Source: an uncultured Fibrobacteria bacterium (GTDB lineage: Bacteria > Fibrobacterota > Fibrobacteria > UBA11236). Taken from it: DNA of 64,000 bases. The notes beneath the pieces are model-generated. The model saw only the letters and a program-made list of their open reading frames with translations. It was not told where the DNA came from and did not search any database. Positions within the stretch are counted from its first letter, which is position 1. Each line of letters opens with the position of its first letter. Of this stretch, positions 28,276 through 38,244 are shown one piece after another. Location: positions 2,880,001 through 2,944,000 of the forward strand of contig OY970309.1 of NCBI GenBank assembly GCA_963716395.1, given 5' to 3'. Position numbers and translations under genes: made by a program.

Positions 28276-28986
28276 ATGTCTGAATTTGATTCGACTTGGA
28301 AAAACAAGAAAATTTTGATCACCGGTGGCAGCATGGGCTTGGGGAAAGCTCTGGCGGTGCGGCTTTTGCAACGTCACGCGCAGGTTGCGGTGGTGGCGCG
28401 CGGCCGCGATCGCCTCGAAGCGCTGAAACGGGAATTTCCGCGCTTGGCCATTATTCCCGGAGACCTCTCCCAAAAAACCGACATTCATCCCATCGCCCTC
28501 GAAGCCGTGCAGGCGTTGCAGGGCCTTGACCTGCTGATCAACAACGCCAGCGCCCTCGGCCCCGAGGGATTGAAATTGCTGGCCGACACGGAATGCGAAG
28601 ATTTCGAAACCGCCTTGCAAACCAATGTGCTCGGCCCTTTTCGACTCACCCAGGCTTTGATGGGGCCTTTGTTCGAAAGCCGCGGTACGGTCTTGAACAT
28701 CATCAGCGACGCGGCGTTGCATGCCTATCCGCGTTGGGGCGCGTACGGGTCGTCGAAGGCCGCCCTGCTGCATATGACGCGGATTTGGAACGAAGAGTCG
28801 AAGCCCTTGGGAATCAGAATGCTCTGCCTCGACCCCGGCGACATGGATACGGAATTGCATCGACGGGCCGTGCCCGACGCCGCCGTCGCAGAACTCAAAG
28901 ACCCGGCGCTGTCGGCGCGCGAAATCATTGCATTCCTGGAACGGGAGGTGGGCCATGTCGCTGCGTCCGGCCACGCAAGCGCGTAA
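28276..28986 (+). CDS. SDR-family oxidoreductase
   Basis: TGGSMGLG, NNAS, YGSSK (YxxxK), DPGDMDT. SD AAGGAG. Confidence 0.92.
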   Translation: MSEFDSTWKNKKILITGGSMGLGKALAVRLLQRHAQVAVVARGRDRLEALKREFPRLAIIPGDLSQKTDIHPIALEAVQALQGLDLLINNASALGPEGLKLLADTECEDFETALQTNVLGPFRLTQALMGPLFESRGTVLNIISDAALHAYPRWGAYGSSKAALLHMTRIWNEESKPLGIRMLCLDPGDMDTELHRRAVPDAAVAELKDPALSAREIIAFLEREVGHVAASGHASA

Positions 28987-30061
28987 AAACGATCCCGGCA
29001 AAAAACTGCTGGTCACGCGCGGCGGATCGACCGAGGTGCTCGCGACCGCGGCGCTGACGGATTTGCTCCACGCCTCGGATGTGTTGGTGTATAACAACAG
29101 CGCCGTGCTGCCCGCCAGCTTGGCCGGGACGCATGTGGAATCGGGAACCGAAATTGAATTGCGCCTGGCTGCGCTTTTGGAGGTGGAAGGGGAATGGAAC
29201 CGTTGGCGGGCGGTGATTTGGAAAAAAGCCTCTTGGAAAGTGCGCACCGAAGCGCGTCAAACCGCAAACTTCGTCCGCCCGGGCGACGGTTTGGTCTTCG
29301 GAGCTTTGGCGGCCCGGGTCCTCGCGGTGCATCGCTCCGGACTCTTCGAGGTGGAGTTTCACGCTCCTGATGCGCCGGTGCTGCGCGGCATTCTCACCGC
29401 CGGACTTCCGGTGCAATATTCCCATCTCGCCGCCGACCTGAAACTCTGGGATATCCAAACGGTGTTTTGCGGTCCCGCGCTTTCGGTTGAGCCGCCTTCG
29501 GCCGCTTTCATCCTGAACTGGGAGCGCATCACCGCGCTGCGTCAAAAGGGCGTGCAACTCATCGCCATCGCACATGGGGCCGGGTTGTCCAGCCTCGGGA
29601 GCCCGCAGCAGGACCAGGCGTTGCCTCTGGCGGAATGGTCTTTTATTTCCGCAGCCGCTGCGGCCGCACTGAACCGTGCCAAGGCCCGAGGCCGGCGGAT
29701 TATCGCGCTCGGCACCACGGTAGCGCGCTGTCTGGAAAGCGCGCATCGCCGCCGGGCCGGGGTGGTGGCGCCGGGCTGGTTCCGAACCGAGGTGAAATTG
29801 GGAGCGCAGGCTCCGGCCGCCTTCGCTGATGGATTGGTGACCGGCCTGCACGAAGAGGGCGAATCCCATTTTGAACTGGAACAGGCGTTTCTTCCTCGAT
29901 CGCTGGCCTTGCAGGCCCAAGAAGTTGCATCTCGTTACAATTTACACAAACATGAATTTGGAGATTTTCATTTCTTGCTCAAGCCGTGGTCGCCCGATTC
30001 CGCCTCGACGGATGGGGCTTCGGATGCGGCGCCGGAATGCCGGGCGACCTGCGGGGTTTGA
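28955..30061 (+). CDS. QueA-like SAM:tRNA ribosyltransferase-isomerase paralog (divergent)
   Basis: DVLVYNNSAVLPASL, SVEPPSAA, IALGTTVARCLES, LVTGLH, HEFGD; overlaps the SDR 3' end. Confidence 0.8.
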   Translation: MSLRPATQARKNDPGKKLLVTRGGSTEVLATAALTDLLHASDVLVYNNSAVLPASLAGTHVESGTEIELRLAALLEVEGEWNRWRAVIWKKASWKVRTEARQTANFVRPGDGLVFGALAARVLAVHRSGLFEVEFHAPDAPVLRGILTAGLPVQYSHLAADLKLWDIQTVFCGPALSVEPPSAAFILNWERITALRQKGVQLIAIAHGAGLSSLGSPQQDQALPLAEWSFISAAAAAALNRAKARGRRIIALGTTVARCLESAHRRRAGVVAPGWFRTEVKLGAQAPAAFADGLVTGLHEEGESHFELEQAFLPRSLALQAQEVASRYNLHKHEFGDFHFLLKPWSPDSASTDGASDAAPECRATCGV

Positions 30062-30114
30062 CGCGGCCGGCCGCGGCGAAGATACGGATCGGAAGGCCAT
30101 CCGGCTCGGGCCCC

Positions 30115-31917
30115 TCAGGGCAAAGTGGCTTTGAAAAAATGCGGGCCCACCTGAAACAGGCAAACGCCCGCCGCGGTGTTGGCCGGAAGCGCATAACGAC
30201 CCGGACCCAGCATTTTTAAGGCTTGCACGCGGCCATGCAAATCGAGCATGCGGGCCGTGCCGGTCCAGGCCGTGGGCACGAACAAATCCCGTCCCCGGAA
30301 AACCGGGCCGCCCCAGGCCGGCCCCGGCGGCGCCAGGGCCGCATAGACATGCTGCGAATCGACCACGGTCAGCGTGCGGTAATGCTTGGCCCATTCTCCC
30401 AAGAGACGTAACGCGGCCGTGTCGGGACGAAAAGTGAGAAAAGGCGGCATTTGATCGGGATCGCGGTCGTAGCCGTCGGAATCGGACACGACCAGCGAAT
30501 CCAGGGAAAGCCCGCGCCGGGCCAAGGTGTCAAGCCAAGCGGACGAACCCCAGGGTTGCGCAAAAATCCATTGCGAGCGGCCGGCGGCCTCGCCCGGCGC
30601 CAGCGGCGTGACGCCGTCTGCGGGGCTGACGCCCTGGCGATAACAGCGATCCACCCAGCCCGAGTCCCCGGCCGGGGTTGCCCGCGACCAGAGACGAAAC
30701 AGGAATTCCGACGCCGCGGGATAGCCGGGATCAAGCAGCACCGAAGGCAAGGTATTCGGGCTCTGCGCGGGCAGCGCCATGTCCCAGATGGCTCCCGAAG
30801 CCGTATCCATGCCGCCCTGGGTCACCGCCAGCAGGAATTTGGATCGGCCCGTCGGCGTGGTCGAAGAATCGTAGGGCGCGACATCGTTCAATCCCACGTC
30901 GGTGACGACATGCATGCCGAATTCCATTTGCGGCACCAGGTTGTAGTAGTCGAAATTCAAATCCACCGGGCACAAGCCTTCGCGTTGGCCGCGCTGTCCG
31001 TGGCAATGGGAACAATTGGCCGCGAGGTAAGAACGGGCCATGGTGTCGAGCGCCGCGAAGCGCTGTGTCGGCGACAAGCCGGGATTGGGTTCGACCAAAG
31101 CGTGAAAGCGGCGCAGCAATTGGGCCGAATCCGGCGGCGTGCCGGTGAATACGCCGCGACGGAACAGGTCGAGCACTTGATCCATGCCCGAAGTCAAAGG
31201 CGAAGCCCGTTTCAATTGGGCCGGATAAAATCCTAGCACGGATCGGCCTTGCACCAATTGCCCGGTGGCCGGATCGACCACCGGGCCTTGGGCGTGGCAG
31301 TACCAGCACTCTTGCTGCGAAGGGAAATGCCATTTCTTATAGGTTTGCCGGCCCGAGGCGTCGGTGTAGGGAAAGATGGTGTCGAGCCCGTGGTACGAAG
31401 GCGAGGCCAGGATGGCATCGCTTTGATCGGCGTTCCATTGGTAGGAGAACCCATACCAATCCTTATGGTTGTCGCTGGCATCGATTTTTTTCACCCACAG
31501 CCGGGTTTCCCAATACACGGCGGTGCCGGTGTCGCCTTCCACTTTTTCCTGCAGGAAGGTTTTCACGAAGACCGTGCTGTCGGGGTAATCGAAAAAATCC
31601 GTGGTGTCGTCGTAGGGAATGTGCTGGCCCGGTGGCAGAATGATCCAGCGCCGCTTCAAGGCGCCGTCGGACCAAAGCGGCGCATTGACCTCGTAGTACT
31701 TGGCGGCCGTATCCATGACCTTGGCTCCGATGTCGTCGAACACTCCCGATTCCGACAGGTATTCCGGAATGGCGTATAAATCGGTCGGGTCGAAATAGTG
31801 AAAATGCGCCGAGGCCGGCGCCGCAATTCCCACCAGCCAGAATCCGAGCCAAAGCGAAAAGAGGCGGCCCGGTTTTTTCGCGCCGTGAGCCCTGCCGGGA
31901 TGGATGGAAAGACGCAT
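30115..31917 (-). CDS. Secreted dihaem c-type cytochrome (SO2930-like) with C-terminal sorting-like domain
   Basis: Signal peptide; PLWSDGALKRRW, VKTF, ETRL; CWYCH and CSHCH haem motifs; QMPP; tail MLDLHGR. Confidence 0.75.
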   Translation of the reverse strand: MRLSIHPGRAHGAKKPGRLFSLWLGFWLVGIAAPASAHFHYFDPTDLYAIPEYLSESGVFDDIGAKVMDTAAKYYEVNAPLWSDGALKRRWIILPPGQHIPYDDTTDFFDYPDSTVFVKTFLQEKVEGDTGTAVYWETRLWVKKIDASDNHKDWYGFSYQWNADQSDAILASPSYHGLDTIFPYTDASGRQTYKKWHFPSQQECWYCHAQGPVVDPATGQLVQGRSVLGFYPAQLKRASPLTSGMDQVLDLFRRGVFTGTPPDSAQLLRRFHALVEPNPGLSPTQRFAALDTMARSYLAANCSHCHGQRGQREGLCPVDLNFDYYNLVPQMEFGMHVVTDVGLNDVAPYDSSTTPTGRSKFLLAVTQGGMDTASGAIWDMALPAQSPNTLPSVLLDPGYPAASEFLFRLWSRATPAGDSGWVDRCYRQGVSPADGVTPLAPGEAAGRSQWIFAQPWGSSAWLDTLARRGLSLDSLVVSDSDGYDRDPDQMPPFLTFRPDTAALRLLGEWAKHYRTLTVVDSQHVYAALAPPGPAWGGPVFRGRDLFVPTAWTGTARMLDLHGRVQALKMLGPGRYALPANTAAGVCLFQVGPHFFKATLP

Positions 31918-32202
31918 GGTTGCAAACTTAGCGCCGGCTAGCGCAGCCGGCTTAAGGAATGCTGGGACGACGCCTTCTTTACGATGCCAACTGTTTCTTG
32001 ACCTTCATTCACTTTGGCCGAGTCTCACCCTTGATCCTTATATTTTTCGCATGCCCGCTAACGTAATCTTTCGCGTGATCTCATCGAATTTTTGATGCGG
32101 CAAAGCTTCGTTACAAACACGCGTTACCGATCTTGAATCAAAGCAGGAATATACCGAGTTCGCTGCGATTCAATTCGAATTAATTTATCAAAAGGGGGAA
32201 AA

Positions 32203-33312
32203 ATGGAGCGCCAGCTAAAAATACCGAAATATCTATTTCGCTTGGCTGATTTCAGCAGCAGACGCATGACCTGGTTGACCGCTATTGTACTGGTTTCGGT
32301 TGTAGCAACCTGGTCGCAGGCGTATGTGAAACTTTGGCCCAATTTGGCGCCGGGCGCCACGGGATCGGATACCGCCAACAATCCGTACGTGGTTCCTTTT
32401 CCGGTCAGCAACGGCAACGGAGCCGCCGTGGTCATTTTGCCCGGCGGCGCCTATGTGGGTTTGGCCACTTCTTACGAGGGCGACGACGTCGCCACCTGGA
32501 TGAACACGCTGGGGGTCACGGCTTTTGTACTGCGCTACCGGCTCGGCAGCCAGGGGTACCATCATCCCATTGAAATGTGGGACGGCCAACGCTCCATCCG
32601 CTGGGTACGCGCCCATGCCGCGCAATACCACATCGACATACACCGCGTCGGTATCGTGGGGTTTTCCGCGGGCGGACATTTGGCCTCGACGGTGGCGACC
32701 CATTATGATTCCGGAAATCCCGCCGGTTCTTCCATCGACAATTACACGGGCACGCATGATTCCGTGGACACGTTCTCCTGCCGTCCCGATTTCCAAATTC
32801 TCGGATACCCGGTCATCACCATGGACTCGAGCTTCACCAACATGCAATCCCGCGTCGCTTTGCTGGGAAACAATCCTTCTCCGGCGCTGGTCACGCTGCT
32901 CTCCAATGAAAAACAGGTCACCGACTCGACGCCCCCCGCCTTTCTCGTGCAAACCCTGGATGACGGCGTGGTGCCGGTCAAGAACAGCGAGGTTTATGCC
33001 GATTCGCTGCAAAGCAAAGGCGTCGCGCATATGCTCTTATTGTACCCTCATGGTTCGCACGGATTCGGCTTGGCCAACGGCAAAGACGGCGCGCCGCTGT
33101 ACACCGATGTGGAATTATGGCCCGATTCGGCCGCGGCCTGGATGCAGCGGCAGGGATATTTGACGCCGCCCACGGCCTTGATGCCGCAACCGTCAAAAGC
33201 GAGGGTCGATTTTTCCGGGAGACAAGCCGTCTGGGACGCCTCGGGCCGCGTCGTCGATCCGGGTTTCGCGCCGGTTTGGTTCGGCCGTCCGGGGAAAAAC
33301 CCTTCGCCTTGA
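32203..33312 (+). CDS. Secreted alpha/beta hydrolase (acetyl-xylan/BD-FAE-like esterase)
   Basis: PGGAY, VLRYRL, GFSAGGH, RPDFQILGYPVI, TPPAFL, DDGVV, HGFGL. Confidence 0.88.
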   Translation: MERQLKIPKYLFRLADFSSRRMTWLTAIVLVSVVATWSQAYVKLWPNLAPGATGSDTANNPYVVPFPVSNGNGAAVVILPGGAYVGLATSYEGDDVATWMNTLGVTAFVLRYRLGSQGYHHPIEMWDGQRSIRWVRAHAAQYHIDIHRVGIVGFSAGGHLASTVATHYDSGNPAGSSIDNYTGTHDSVDTFSCRPDFQILGYPVITMDSSFTNMQSRVALLGNNPSPALVTLLSNEKQVTDSTPPAFLVQTLDDGVVPVKNSEVYADSLQSKGVAHMLLLYPHGSHGFGLANGKDGAPLYTDVELWPDSAAAWMQRQGYLTPPTALMPQPSKARVDFSGRQAVWDASGRVVDPGFAPVWFGRPGKNPSP

Positions 33313-33919
33313 CTTCGTCGACGCCGAAAACACCACGTACCTTGGTGTTGGCCACGCGCAATGCGGGCAAGGCGCGCGAATTGCAAGCCTTGCTCGGGCC
33401 GGGTTATACGGTGATCACGGCCGCGCAGGCCGGCTTTGACGGCGACCCCGAAGAAACGGGAAAAACCTTTTACGACAACGCTTGGATCAAGGCCAGAGCC
33501 GTGGCTGCACACGTGCCGCATGCGGTGCTGGCCGACGATAGCGGACTCGAAGTCGCAGCCTTGGGCGGCGCACCCGGAATTTATTCGGCGCGTTACGCCG
33601 GCCCCAAAGCCGACGACGCCGCCAATCGCGCCAAGTTGCTGGCGGCCATGCAGGGAGAGCCCCGCCGCGAGGCCCGCTTCGTCTGCGTCTTGTGTCTGTT
33701 GGCTCCGCAGTCTGAGCCGCTTTTTTTTCCGGGGAATGTCGGGGGCATATCGCCGAGAGCGAACGGGGAAACCAGGGCTTCGGGTATGATCCGCTTTTCA
33801 TTCCCGCGGGAGAATTGCGCACCTTTGCCGAAATGAGCGCAGCGGAAAAAAATCCCATGAGCCATCGGGGCCAGGCCGTAGCCGCTTTGCTCCGGCATTG
33901 GCACCGCGCGCTGGGATAA
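33309..33919 (+). CDS. rdgB: Non-canonical purine NTP pyrophosphatase, frameshifted at the T8 run 33721-33728
   Basis: LATRNAGK, EETG, LADDSGL, PGIYSARY in one frame; GFGYDPLF and SHR in another. One extra T restores the ORF. Confidence 0.9.
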
Positions 33920-34020
33920 CCGAATCGGGCAGAGAAAAATCCGAAATTTGGGAATCTAGTCCTTGCGCACCGCGATCACCGCTGGGCCGGCGCACGCGCC
34001 AACCCTAGAATTGATTCGAT

Positions 34021-34395
34021 ATGCCCTTGTCCACGTTCAGTCCCGCCCCCGCGGCCAGCGAAATTCTCACCTTCAATCCCGTGCGTTTGCATTTGGGAAA
34101 GGTGCGCGCCGAGGCGCTGCTCGACGCCCTGAATCCCTGGGGCGGATGTTTTTTCGTCATGACCGATCATCTTTTGGCCGGATCCGACCCGGAGGAGCGC
34201 GACGCATTTTTCGCGGGGCTGGGCCGGATCGAATTGGAATGGGGCCGCTTTCCCGATACCTGGAGGTTACCGTGCCGGGTGCGCGGGTATTCCCTGGATC
34301 AGGAAGGGCTGGCGGCCTATCTGGCCCTGCGCTTTCTGGATTCGGATCGGGTCGCGCGGCAGGCGCTGGAAAACTTCATGGCCTCGCTGTGGTAG
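34021..34395 (+). CDS. Hypothetical protein (possibly degenerate PilZ-like barrel)
   Basis: 124-aa ORF filling the gap; C-terminal LALRFLD..ARQALENF resembles PilZ ends; TAGAAT upstream. Confidence 0.5.
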   Translation: MPLSTFSPAPAASEILTFNPVRLHLGKVRAEALLDALNPWGGCFFVMTDHLLAGSDPEERDAFFAGLGRIELEWGRFPDTWRLPCRVRGYSLDQEGLAAYLALRFLDSDRVARQALENFMASLW

Positions 34396-36409
34396 GCACG
34401 CCGTGTCCGGAATCGGAGTGCGTCACCCCATGCGGTTTCAAGGCGATGAAGATGCCGACTACGATCAAAAAGAGCAGTTCCGCGCCGATATAACTGAACA
34501 GTTTCACGGCTGCGCCCGAGGTGAATCCGTAGGAGTGCAGCCCCACGCCCAAGAGATTTACTCCTAGCCACGCCAGGCTTACGATGATGGCGCCCAGCAC
34601 CGATCCCACAGCCATGCCCAGTTCGCGGATGATGCCGAAATAGCGCGCATGCAGGAGAATGGCACACCACAAGACGATGAGCAGGGCGCCGTTCTCTTTC
34701 GGATCCCAGCCCCAGAAGCGGCCCCAGCTCTGGTCGGCCCAGATGCCGCCCAACACCGTGCCGATGAAGGAAAAGAGCATGCCGAAGCACAGGGTGCCGT
34801 ACACCATGCGGTCGATTTCGCGCAGCCCCGGAGATTTTCCCTGCACGGCCCGTCGCACCAGGTAGATGTGGCCGATGGCCCCGCATAAAAGGCAGGCGCC
34901 ATAGCCGGTGGTGATGCAGACCACGTGGGTCGAAAGCCAGAAATTGCTGTTAAGCACGGCCACCAGCATCTGCATGGTGTCGCCGTCGGCAGCGTAGCGG
35001 TTGGCGATCAAAAGCAGAATGAACCCGAGCAAGGTGGCCGCCAGAAGACCGATGCCCTGGCGGGTGCGGCGTTCGATGAACAGCGCCGCGATGATGGAAA
35101 TGAGGGCTACGAAGGGGAAGGTCTCGTACAGAGAGGTGACCGGTGGCCGGCGCATGATGAGGATGCGCGACACGATGCCGCCCAGGTGCAGCGCGAAGCC
35201 GGCCAGGGCCGCGGTCACCGAAGCCCGGTACCACAGGGGTTTCCGGAACAGGAAAAACAAAAAGCACAGAAGCAGCGCAATGCCGTAAGCGATAATGGCC
35301 AGGAACAGGGGGTTGACCCGGTCATACCGGACTTCAAGGCCGAAATTGGTTTTGGAAAGACGGAGAGGCGCCAAGCGCGCGACGTCGGCGCGCAAGGCCC
35401 GGCTTTGGGCGGAAAAATCCTGCGCATCACCGCGGCGGTAGTCCTTGGTCATTCCCGCCAGCAGGTTGATTTCGGAGTGGTATTTCTGCAGACGCGCGGG
35501 ATCGCCGATGACTTCCGCTGGGCTGAGCCAATTGGGGTCGGTTTCTTCCTGAGGAAGAATGGTCAAAAGCGACGACTGGCCGAGTTGCGATTCGAGGTAC
35601 ATGTAGCGCGACAGGCGTACGATGTCGGCGTCGACCGGGTTGGCGGCGCTGTCGGGATGCTGCCCGACGCTTTCCAGGATATGCGCCAGCAGCGGCGCGC
35701 GATCCATCAAGTCCCAGAAACTCGGCGGGGTGTCGTCATCAGGCAGGTTGAGGCGTTGGCGCGTCTGGGGGTCGTGCACGGCGAAGACGCTGGCCGGCCG
35801 GGCGAATTGCAACGTGCGCGTCAGGTTGAGATAGGCGATGATGTTGGAAAAAGTGAGCAGAACTTCTTTCTGCACCACGCTGCGTTTCTCGGCCGGAACT
35901 GAATCGGCCCGCATGGCCATGGCCTGCAAATGGTGCAATGCCGGCTCCAGCGTGCGATAGGCGTAGCGCCGGTGCTCATCGGGTTTGACATGCAGGGCTT
36001 CGGCGACCTCGGGATTGTCGATGCGGAAAATTTTGTAGTCGCCGGTTTGGCCGGGCGCGAAGAGAATGTTGGCCAGCACGCTCAGGGCCGAGCGGCCTGC
36101 GTAGGAGCTGTGCCCCGACCATTGCAGCAGCAGGTCGCGCGCCAGGGATTCCATGGGCTTGACGCGGCCTTCATGCAAAACCGCAAGATAGGCGAAGGCG
36201 CCGAAGTCTTTGAGGCCCACCGCCGGCTTTCCCACGCCATGGGGCAGCAAAGTGAGCGAGTCGCCCATGGGCGACGACGTATCGACCACCGCCGCCACCT
36301 CGGGCGGCATTTTCGCCTGTTCGGATGCCATGGGCGCCTGTTCGGCGGCCGCCGTCCCGCACGCCGCCGCCAGCGCCGCCGCCCGGAAAAATCGCAATGC
36401 TCGCGTCAT
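34376..36409 (-). CDS. ccsA: System II cytochrome c biogenesis protein CcsA/ResC
   Basis: GRVKPM, RPPVTSLYE, VLNSNFWLSTHV, GGIWADQSWGRFWGWDPKE (WWD domain), GLHSYG. Confidence 0.92.
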   Translation of the reverse strand: MTRALRFFRAAALAAACGTAAAEQAPMASEQAKMPPEVAAVVDTSSPMGDSLTLLPHGVGKPAVGLKDFGAFAYLAVLHEGRVKPMESLARDLLLQWSGHSSYAGRSALSVLANILFAPGQTGDYKIFRIDNPEVAEALHVKPDEHRRYAYRTLEPALHHLQAMAMRADSVPAEKRSVVQKEVLLTFSNIIAYLNLTRTLQFARPASVFAVHDPQTRQRLNLPDDDTPPSFWDLMDRAPLLAHILESVGQHPDSAANPVDADIVRLSRYMYLESQLGQSSLLTILPQEETDPNWLSPAEVIGDPARLQKYHSEINLLAGMTKDYRRGDAQDFSAQSRALRADVARLAPLRLSKTNFGLEVRYDRVNPLFLAIIAYGIALLLCFLFFLFRKPLWYRASVTAALAGFALHLGGIVSRILIMRRPPVTSLYETFPFVALISIIAALFIERRTRQGIGLLAATLLGFILLLIANRYAADGDTMQMLVAVLNSNFWLSTHVVCITTGYGACLLCGAIGHIYLVRRAVQGKSPGLREIDRMVYGTLCFGMLFSFIGTVLGGIWADQSWGRFWGWDPKENGALLIVLWCAILLHARYFGIIRELGMAVGSVLGAIIVSLAWLGVNLLGVGLHSYGFTSGAAVKLFSYIGAELLFLIVVGIFIALKPHGVTHSDSGHGVPTTARP

Positions 36410-37554
36410 GGTGTGGCCGTCCTCTTCACGTATCCCAACAGACGAATCAGGAAATGAATCAGCAGGCCGCCGAACACGGTGAGGCTGCTGATATAGGGCA
36501 ATAATCTACCCGGATTGGTGACCACGGCAAACGTCGAGCGCGGCATACCGCGCTCGTCTTCGCCGAAACTGGCCTGATAAAAGGTGTAGCCTGCATAGCG
36601 CAGTGGGTGGTTCATCCAGATCTTCACGGGCCGCGAAGACAGGCCGTCCTGCAAATCGGCATAACTGGAATAGCTCTTGGCGATGTCGGTCCCCGGATGC
36701 AAGGTGCGTTCGAATTTATTCAGCGACAAGGCGAAGGGCAGGGGATAATGGCGCCGGCGCAACTGGAAAAAAACGGTTTTTCCGTTCAGCCGCAGAATCA
36801 GCGGTTTGATTTCCAGGCCGTAACACAGAATCTTGTGATCCGGCTGTCCGGGCACATGCAGCACGGCAATGAGTCCGGGCGCATTGTCGGCCACTTCTTT
36901 TTCCGGTTTGCGCGTTTCCAGGAGGGAGATCCCCGACGCATTGTAATAGGGCGCGACGCCGCCGGTGACCTGATCGGTGAAGGCCTGGCAGTTGCGGAAA
37001 TATTTTTCGACCGTGAGGGTGGCCGGGTAGGGCGACAGATTCAATGCCGCGCCCGGCCGCAAATCCTCATCGGGGTAGGCCACGACCTGATTGGTATCAC
37101 CATGCGCTTGCCACACTGCCAGTTCCCATTTGTGGTAGGCGGTGGAAAAATGGCCGGTTTCACCTTCGCCCAAAGTCAACTGCGATTCCACGGCCTGCGT
37201 CTGGGTGATGAAGCCGCCAATCAACAGCAACAACAGGCCGCTATGGGAAATCCACAAACCGATCTTTTTCAAACTCAAAGGCATGACGATCACCATGGTG
37301 AGGATCAATTGCAGCGAGAGGATCCACAGCAGCAAACCGGTGCCGGGAACGGGGATGATGTTGCCCAGCCACACCAGGCTATACCCGAAAAATTTGCGCT
37401 GCGCTTCATACAGGCCGTAATCGGCTTCGTACAAGGTGCCGAAGAACACCAGGAGCAAAAGCAGCAGCAGGCAACCCAAGGTCAAATACGGGTGCAGCAC
37501 GATGCGGCGCAAGGGATGGTTGGCGAGACGACGGCGCCAGGCGGGGTTCTTCAT
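36406..37554 (-). CDS. Cytochrome c biogenesis protein ResB/CcsB-like
   Basis: FFGTLYE, SHSGLLLLL, HPGT..KSYSS, IWMNHPLRYAGYTFYQASF; overlaps the ccsA start. Confidence 0.85.
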   Translation of the reverse strand: MKNPAWRRRLANHPLRRIVLHPYLTLGCLLLLLLLVFFGTLYEADYGLYEAQRKFFGYSLVWLGNIIPVPGTGLLLWILSLQLILTMVIVMPLSLKKIGLWISHSGLLLLLIGGFITQTQAVESQLTLGEGETGHFSTAYHKWELAVWQAHGDTNQVVAYPDEDLRPGAALNLSPYPATLTVEKYFRNCQAFTDQVTGGVAPYYNASGISLLETRKPEKEVADNAPGLIAVLHVPGQPDHKILCYGLEIKPLILRLNGKTVFFQLRRRHYPLPFALSLNKFERTLHPGTDIAKSYSSYADLQDGLSSRPVKIWMNHPLRYAGYTFYQASFGEDERGMPRSTFAVVTNPGRLLPYISSLTVFGGLLIHFLIRLLGYVKRTATP

Positions 37555-38168
37555 TTCGCGTCCTCGGTGATGGAAAGCGAATCGCAAAAAGCCTGCAGTA
37601 CGGGTTTCAAGCGCACCAGGCGATCATGATCGCCCGTGGCCTTCACGAATACCGTATAGCCCGGGCCCGGAATGATGGCGCCGAGAATGCTCGAGTTTTG
37701 GGTGATATCGCCGGATAAAAGCGAGGTGAAATCGAACAAGGTGCCGGTTTGTCCCGTGAACAAATGCACGGGTTGCCCACGGCTTTTCACTTTTTTCACC
37801 TGATCCGGCGAGGCCGGAAGTTTGGCTTGGCGCATCCAGCGGCTGAGGTTGGCCTCGATGCCGCCGGCGTCGCCCGCAAATTGGGTGATGGAAACGTCGG
37901 CCGCCTGCGGATCGATCTCGCCGGTATTGGCCACCGCCGAATCCGGCGCCAGAAAACTCGCCACGCGCATGGGGTCGTCGGCGGGTTCTTCCACCCACCC
38001 GTCCGGCAACTTCCAGGTGATACGGATGGGGGCCTGAGCGGTCGCGGGCATTCCCGGCATGCCGTTGGCATGAAAGGCGATCTCGGAGTAGCGCCGGGGT
38101 TGCGGGTTTTTGGAGCAGGCCGAAATCACAATCCCAACCGCCGCGGCGGCGAAAAGACGAACAACCAT
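37551..38168 (-). CDS. Hypothetical lipoprotein, first gene of the ccs operon
   Basis: Lipobox ISAC; WKLPDGW, MRVASF, ANLSRWMRQ, FVKATG; 4-bp overlap with the resB-like gene. Confidence 0.75.
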   Translation of the reverse strand: MVVRLFAAAAVGIVISACSKNPQPRRYSEIAFHANGMPGMPATAQAPIRITWKLPDGWVEEPADDPMRVASFLAPDSAVANTGEIDPQAADVSITQFAGDAGGIEANLSRWMRQAKLPASPDQVKKVKSRGQPVHLFTGQTGTLFDFTSLLSGDITQNSSILGAIIPGPGYTVFVKATGDHDRLVRLKPVLQAFCDSLSITEDAK

Positions 38169-38244
38169 GAGAACTCATAAATAGCAAAAGGCGGCGGCCA
38201 TGCCTGCGCTTTTCGGTAACGTCGGCGCCGGATGTAATTCTTCC

